This document shows positions 50,015-53,615 of a stretch of DNA of 53,615 nt, piece after piece. The stretch is from positions 1 to 53,615 of the IMG/VR virus record IMGVR_UViG_3300045988_126023; one strand, given 5' to 3'. Made by a program: the position numbers and the translations under genes. The notes under the pieces are model-generated. The model searched no databases. It saw only the letters and a list, made by a program, of their open reading frames with translations, and was not told where the DNA came from. How positions within the stretch are numbered: position 1 is the stretch's first letter; each line of letters opens with the position of its first letter. The stretch comes from a virus.

Positions 50015-50233
50015 ATGAGTTCTGATAACCTTTTCCGTAAATATCAAGGCTTGACGGCTGACGAAATAATTTCACAGCTCGAAAACCAGTACAAAGATGA
50101 TGAAGAAGCATTAGAAAGCATTGAAAGAGCAAAGACCGATATTGCATATATAAGAGCGCAAAAGGATTATGACGGCCAAACGCCCAAACAAAAAGCTTTA
50201 GAATGTGCGGGCACTCTGGACTACTGGAATTAA
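50015..50233 (+). CDS. hypothetical acidic protein
   Basis: 72 aa. AGAGGTGA SD, preceded by an extended -10 (tgtTATAAT 49989-49997). Confidence 0.5.
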   Translation: MSSDNLFRKYQGLTADEIISQLENQYKDDEEALESIERAKTDIAYIRAQKDYDGQTPKQKALECAGTLDYWN

Positions 50234-50309
50234 ACAGCACTTTTGACATTTCCTTTCTCTCGGGGGGCGTTGCGGCTTTCGGTTATCTCCCGCAGCGCTC
50301 CCAAAATTT

Positions 50310-50384
50310 GCTGATGTGGCGCAATGGCAGCGCAACTGATTTGTAATCAGTAGGTTGTCCGTTCAAGTCGGACTATCAGCTCCA
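50310..50384 (+). tRNA. trnT: tRNA-Thr (anticodon UGU), CCA-encoded
   Basis: Hand-folded cloverleaf: acceptor GCTGATG/TATCAGC, D arm GCGC-AATGGCA-GCGC, anticodon arm ACTGA-TTTGTAA-TCAGT, variable loop AGGTT, T arm GTCCG-TTCAAGT-CGGAC, then TCCA. U8, A14, GG, U33 and TTC are present. Confidence 0.85.
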
Positions 50385-50385
50385 T

Positions 50386-50420
50386 AAAAAGAGTGTTTCA
50401 TATCGAAACACTCTTTTTTT
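50386..50420 (+). terminator. rho-independent terminator after the tRNA
   Basis: agagtgtttc-atatc-gaaacactct followed by tttttt. Confidence 0.85.
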
Positions 50421-50523
50421 GCGTACAAATGGCACTTTTCTATATGGAGAGTGCTTTTTTTATAAACTTGGCTTTTCTATAAGGAAAGCGCAATAAATTC
50501 TATATGGATTTGGAGGAAAAAAC

Positions 50524-51153
50524 ATGGCAGAAGAAACAACTGCAACCAACACCGCAACAAATACCACAACACAGGCGACAGCCGCAACAAATACCACAAC
50601 AGCAGCGGCGAACACAGAAGCTAAAGAAAAGGCAGAACAGACCGTTTTATCAGCAGAGGAAATCCAAAAGCTGATACAGAAAACGGTAGACCAGAGAACA
50701 GCCGATTATGGTAAGAAGATTGCAACCTTGCAGGAGGAAAACAAAACACTCAAAAAGGCGAACATGACCGCAGAGGAAATTCAAAAGGCAGAGCGAGAAG
50801 AATTTGAAAAGCAGAAAGCCGAAGTTGAATTAGGAAAGAGGCAGTTACACGCTCACAGAGTAGTAGCAGGTGCAGGGTATGGCGACAATGCCGACGAGGT
50901 TGTTGAAATGGTTCTGGGTGATTCGGACGAAAAAACAGACGAGCGGTTAAAGAATTTTAAAGCGCTTGTTGATAAGCTTGTGGCCGACACCGTGAAAAAG
51001 ACTTTTGAGACAAACGGCAGAACGCCTAACAGTGGTAATTCAAACGGCGGTAACGAAAAAAAGGAAAACGGCTTTGCTGCTGAGTTAGGCAAAAAGCAGG
51101 CTGAAACCTTAAAACAGTCTAACGACATTCTAAAACATTATTATGGAGGTTAA
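50524..51153 (+). CDS. capsid scaffolding protein
   Basis: 209 aa. Thr/Ala/Asn-rich N-terminus, coiled-coil E/K-rich core. Sits upstream of the decoration and capsid genes. Confidence 0.6.
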   Translation: MAEETTATNTATNTTTQATAATNTTTAAANTEAKEKAEQTVLSAEEIQKLIQKTVDQRTADYGKKIATLQEENKTLKKANMTAEEIQKAEREEFEKQKAEVELGKRQLHAHRVVAGAGYGDNADEVVEMVLGDSDEKTDERLKNFKALVDKLVADTVKKTFETNGRTPNSGNSNGGNEKKENGFAAELGKKQAETLKQSNDILKHYYGG

Positions 51154-51159
51154 TGAACA

Positions 51160-51489
51160 ATGAAATTTACAACTAAAGGCGTTGTGCAGGGTGTAAATAT
51201 TCTTGCAAACGACCACTATGTAGCAATTCCTTATGATTGCTCTAAGCTGACAGCTCTTGCAACTGACGGCGTTATTAAAGAGGGAACTATTATCCCCTCG
51301 AATGATGATAAGGCAATAGGCGTACTTCTTAACCCTGTTGTTCTTGCAGAAAATCCGAACGGCACTATTGTTATTCACGGATTTATCGAAAAGGCAAAGC
51401 TGCCTGTAGCACCTACCGAAGATACAACAAGCGATAGCACTACTACTGTCGGCGCTGTTACCGTTCTTAAACAGATTACCTTTATGTAA
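51160..51489 (+). CDS. head decoration protein (lambda gpD position)
   Basis: 109 aa between the scaffold and an E-type major capsid gene. Assigned by synteny only. Confidence 0.4.
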   Translation: MKFTTKGVVQGVNILANDHYVAIPYDCSKLTALATDGVIKEGTIIPSNDDKAIGVLLNPVVLAENPNGTIVIHGFIEKAKLPVAPTEDTTSDSTTTVGAVTVLKQITFM

Positions 51490-51507
51490 TAAGGAGGAAT
51501 ACAAATA

Positions 51508-52584
51508 ATGAAACTCACAGATATTTTTACCGCAGACGCTATAGCCCTGAACTATACAAATGCGGCAAGTAACTCAATTCCTTATCTTGGTACAGGTCTT
51601 TTCCCCGCTCAGAAAAAGGCTGGTCTTGACCTGAAATGGATTAAGGGACACAACGGTCTCCCCGTTTCTCTTGCTCCGTCCGCTTTTGACGCAAAGTCTA
51701 AATTCCGTGACAGAGTGGGAATTTCTATCAATGAAACCCAAATGGCATTTTTCCGTGAGAGTATGCTTGTTAAAGAAGCAGACGAACAGGAAATCATGCG
51801 AGTACAGGACGCAAATGACCCCTATGCTGCACAGGTACTTACCAACATTTTCAACGACACTCAGACGCTTATCAATGGCGCAAATGTTGTCCCTGAAAGA
51901 ATGATTATGCAGCTCCTTGCCCCTATCGGAGGCAGTATGGGTATTGCCATTAAGGCGAACGGCGTTGACTATACCTACAATTACGACCCCGACGGCTCTT
52001 GGAAGAAGGAGCATTATGCAAAGATTGAGACTGCAACCGACAAATGGAGCGCCGCTGACACTTGCGACCCCGTTCGTGATATTGAAAACGCCCTTGACGC
52101 ACAGGAGCAGGCAACAGGCAACCGCCCCGCCGTACTTCTTATGTCTAAGGCAACATTTAACTATATCAAGAACAGCAAAAAGGTACAGGCTGGCGTTCTT
52201 GCTCGTAATACTACTTCGACCGTGGATTATATCAATTACACCACTGCCAGAGTACAGAGCTACATTCAAGAGGAACTCAACGTATCTATTGTTATTTACA
52301 ACAAGCAGTTTAAAGACGAGAGCGGCACAGCTAAGAAATTCTATCCTGACAATATCGTAATGATGTTGCCGCAGGGAACTCTTGGTAATACCTATTATGG
52401 TACTACTCCCGAGGAGCGCACACTTGCTCAGAAATCGTCTGCAAGCGTCTCTATTGTCAATACTGGCGTTGCTGTTGCTGTAACCATTACCGACGACCCT
52501 GTAAACACTAAAACTACTGTTTCGGAAATTGTTCTTCCTTCTTTCGAGAGAGCTAATGATTGTTACGCCCTTGAGGTGGTTTAA
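51508..52584 (+). CDS. major capsid protein (gpE-like family)
   Basis: 358 aa. LGTGLFPAQKKAGLDLKWIKGHNGLPVSLAPSAFDAKSKFRDRVG...ETQMAFFRES is typical of the Phage_cap_E family. Confidence 0.75.
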   Translation: MKLTDIFTADAIALNYTNAASNSIPYLGTGLFPAQKKAGLDLKWIKGHNGLPVSLAPSAFDAKSKFRDRVGISINETQMAFFRESMLVKEADEQEIMRVQDANDPYAAQVLTNIFNDTQTLINGANVVPERMIMQLLAPIGGSMGIAIKANGVDYTYNYDPDGSWKKEHYAKIETATDKWSAADTCDPVRDIENALDAQEQATGNRPAVLLMSKATFNYIKNSKKVQAGVLARNTTSTVDYINYTTARVQSYIQEELNVSIVIYNKQFKDESGTAKKFYPDNIVMMLPQGTLGNTYYGTTPEERTLAQKSSASVSIVNTGVAVAVTITDDPVNTKTTVSEIVLPSFERANDCYALEVV

Positions 52585-52586
52585 CA

Positions 52587-52769
52587 ATGTCAAAAATCAC
52601 ATTTGACCATGCTGTTATTTATAACGGCACTCTTTACCCTGCAAACGCAGAAATTGAGGTAAAAGAGCCAAAAGAGGCAGCAGAGCCGAACAAGCCCGAA
52701 AAAGAAGCGGTGAAAAACAATGACAAACGAACAAGTAAAAACTCTAAACCTCGGAATAGAGCCGATTGA
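52587..52769 (+). CDS. hypothetical small protein
   Basis: 60 aa with a Lys/Glu/Pro-rich tail. Overlaps the next gene by 50 nt, so the true end or expression is uncertain. Confidence 0.35.
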   Translation: MSKITFDHAVIYNGTLYPANAEIEVKEPKEAAEPNKPEKEAVKNNDKRTSKNSKPRNRAD

Positions 52770-53073
52770 CACAAAGACTTGTTTGAGGGTTGAGAGCGCC
52801 TTTAACTGGGTGCTTGATAATACTACACTTGAATTTGACATTAACAATATAGAAGAATTGCAAGCCTTACCTGCACAGGTACGGCTTTTTGTTTCCGATT
52901 ATTGCGAGTTATTATCACTTGGTGTAGGTGTTACAAGCGAAAGTATAGAGGGGCTTTCTCAATCGTTCAAATCTGAGAGCGCAAAAGCTCAGATATGGGA
53001 ATTGGCTGAAAATTATCTCGATAAATGGCTTTTGTCGCCCGTGAGGTTCGTTATCGCTTCAAGTAGGTGGTAA
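52720..53073 (+). CDS. head-tail connector (gp6-like) protein
   Basis: 117 aa. MTNEQVKTLNLGIE... and ...SESIEGLSQSF are typical of gp6/QLRG-type connector proteins. Confidence 0.5.
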   Translation: MTNEQVKTLNLGIEPIDTKTCLRVESAFNWVLDNTTLEFDINNIEELQALPAQVRLFVSDYCELLSLGVGVTSESIEGLSQSFKSESAKAQIWELAENYLDKWLLSPVRFVIASSRW

Positions 53074-53074
53074 C

Positions 53075-53578
53075 ATGGGCGTTAAATGGACGACAAAGGT
53101 AAACAAGCTGCCTGAAATTGCGAAAACCCTGAACACAATAGACGGTAAGGGTGTTAAGGTTGGCGCTCTGACAGGTAATCATGCGTGGTTAGCTGGAATC
53201 CATGAATATGGCTGTAACATTCGAGTAACGCCCAAAATGAGGGCTTTTTTACACGCTAACGGCTTACACCTCTCCCCGAATACAACGGTTATTAAGATAC
53301 CCGAACGCAGCTTTATTAGAACGGGACATGATAAAAACATAGACCGAATAATAATGCAGACAGAAAGGGCAATAGGGCAGGTTGTAGCTGGGAATATGAG
53401 TGTTGATGATATGCTCGACTTATACGGCCAGCAAATGGCAACGGCAATCAAGCTATATATGCGTAATCTTAAAACGCCGCCAAATCACCCATACACGGTT
53501 GAACAAAAAGGCTCGTCTAATCCGTTGATTGATACGGGAAATTTGCTTGAAAGCATAACTTGGAAAAAGGAGGGGTAA
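53075..53578 (+). CDS. HK97 gp10-like neck protein
   Basis: 167 aa. The C-terminal IDTGNLLESITWK matches the DTGxLxxS motif of the gp10 family. Confidence 0.5.
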   Translation: MGVKWTTKVNKLPEIAKTLNTIDGKGVKVGALTGNHAWLAGIHEYGCNIRVTPKMRAFLHANGLHLSPNTTVIKIPERSFIRTGHDKNIDRIIMQTERAIGQVVAGNMSVDDMLDLYGQQMATAIKLYMRNLKTPPNHPYTVEQKGSSNPLIDTGNLLESITWKKEG

Positions 53579-53615
53579 TATGCAATATTACAATTTCACA
53601 CGGCTTATAAAAAAA

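Noticed and set aside
51574-52593. Long antisense ORFs in the track. Examples: 339 aa opposite the major capsid gene; also 43288..43962(-), 5252..5944(-), 1388..2050(-), 30563..31108(-), 10082..10546(-), 3295..3777(-), 23641..24027(-).
   Set aside because: Each lies fully inside a plus-strand gene with recognisable motifs and a strong SD. They lack SDs and have Cys/Ser/Phe/Leu-rich, low-complexity compositions typical of the reverse frames of coding DNA.

Overview
The window is one complete, circularly closed phage genome. Bases 1-55 repeat at 53561-53615, giving a unit length of 53,560 bp. It looks like a temperate, contractile-tailed phage of a Gram-positive host. The strong GGAGG-type ribosome-binding sites, an LL-H-type holin, an XhlA-like gene, a large serine integrase and a dockerin-like module point to a Clostridia-like host, but this is inference.

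Gene order on the + strand, unless noted:
- Neck genes (20-1004).
- An unusual fibre cluster with three HylP/Mtd-N-like domain paralogues (1006-5283).
- Sheath, tube and tail chaperone (5339-7295).
- A tape-measure gene interrupted by a group I intron that carries an HNH homing endonuclease (7358-13121).
- An XkdP-U-like baseplate and two tail fibres (13181-20619).
- XhlA, holin and a hydrolase (20633-21847).
- An accessory/early block (21884-26689).
- The lysogeny module on the - strand: serine integrase and CI-like repressor (26729-28955).
- Cro-like, recombination and replication genes (29155-37473).
- An M15 peptidase with a dockerin-like tail, then an ArpU-like late regulator (38077-39579).
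- PAPS-reductase-like, HNH and ParB-like genes (39749-41833).
- A promoter-bounded moron island (42158-43445).
- TerS, TerL, portal and MuF (43481-48493).
- Scaffold, decoration protein, major capsid protein and connector genes (50524-53578).

The most interesting region is 46916-50420:
- The virion MuF protein carries a GNAT-like C-terminal module. It is immediately followed by a RelA/SpoT-type (toxSAS-like) synthetase domain that is out of frame and lacks a start codon.
- Next comes an early-promoter cassette encoding two tiny ORFs and an HD-domain small alarmone hydrolase.
- Last is a tRNA-Thr(UGU) gene.
I read this as a candidate virion-delivered alarmone or tRNA-targeting effector with a phage-encoded antidote.

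Other notable signals are a seven-member family of promoter cassettes with a TTTGT-N4-TTTGC box, a repeated hairpin-TGCGCC-GAAACATT intergenic element, a +1/-2 chaperone frameshift, and tandem repeats inside the tape measure. All functional calls rest on motifs read by eye and on synteny. No database search was run.
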